Positions 63,914 through 64,000 of a stretch of DNA of 64,000 nt are shown piece by piece (within the stretch, counting starts at the first letter, position 1; each line of letters begins with the position of its first letter). The translations under genes were made by a program, and so were the position numbers. Source of the DNA: an uncultured Gemmatimonadales bacterium (GTDB lineage Bacteria > Gemmatimonadota > Gemmatimonadetes > Gemmatimonadales > GWC2-71-9); the NCBI GenBank assembly GCA_963795085.1, contig CAWCFX010000001.1:512001-576000 (forward strand), given 5' to 3'. The notes below the pieces were generated by a model that saw only the letters and a list, made by a program, of their open reading frames with translations, was not told the origin of the DNA and ran no database searches.

Positions 63914-64000
63914 CCGGCCGCCGCTTTCCATGTGTACGCTGGCCTGGCTGCCCGGGAACGACGGGTACATCCTGTGGCACAGCCGGGACGAACGCCGGGC

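Overview
GC-rich (roughly 70%) bacterial chromosomal segment, mostly housekeeping genes; gene content and order suggest Gemmatimonadota (inference, not tested). It carries DNA repair genes (Fpg/Nei-like, AlkA-like, uvrA, nfo, mfd), ftsE-ftsX-envC, pckA, a lepA/GT9/ROK/PfkB operon, surA-pdxA, typA, tRNA-Ile(GAT), an MBOAT/SGNH-like pair, FHA plus PP2C genes, a diguanylate cyclase and three M28 peptidases. I found no integrase, transposase, cas gene or CRISPR array. Four genes (uvrA, pckA, GT9, lepA) each carry a single +1 frameshift that looks like a sequencing error. The most interesting signals: (i) a non-coding array of about five 172-bp hairpin-rich units, partly built from 22-nt sub-repeats (19.5-20.3 kb); (ii) a STAS-HATPase plus STAS-wHTH gene pair resembling a Ser-kinase two-protein regulator; (iii) a rod-shaped, 6S-like ncRNA candidate after tRNA-Ile; (iv) two identical CRP/FNR-like boxes at class II (-41.5) geometry; (v) widespread leaderless promoters; (vi) a 12x17-bp array and many intergenic 7/8-mer tracts. 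All product calls come from motif recognition by eye, with no database search.
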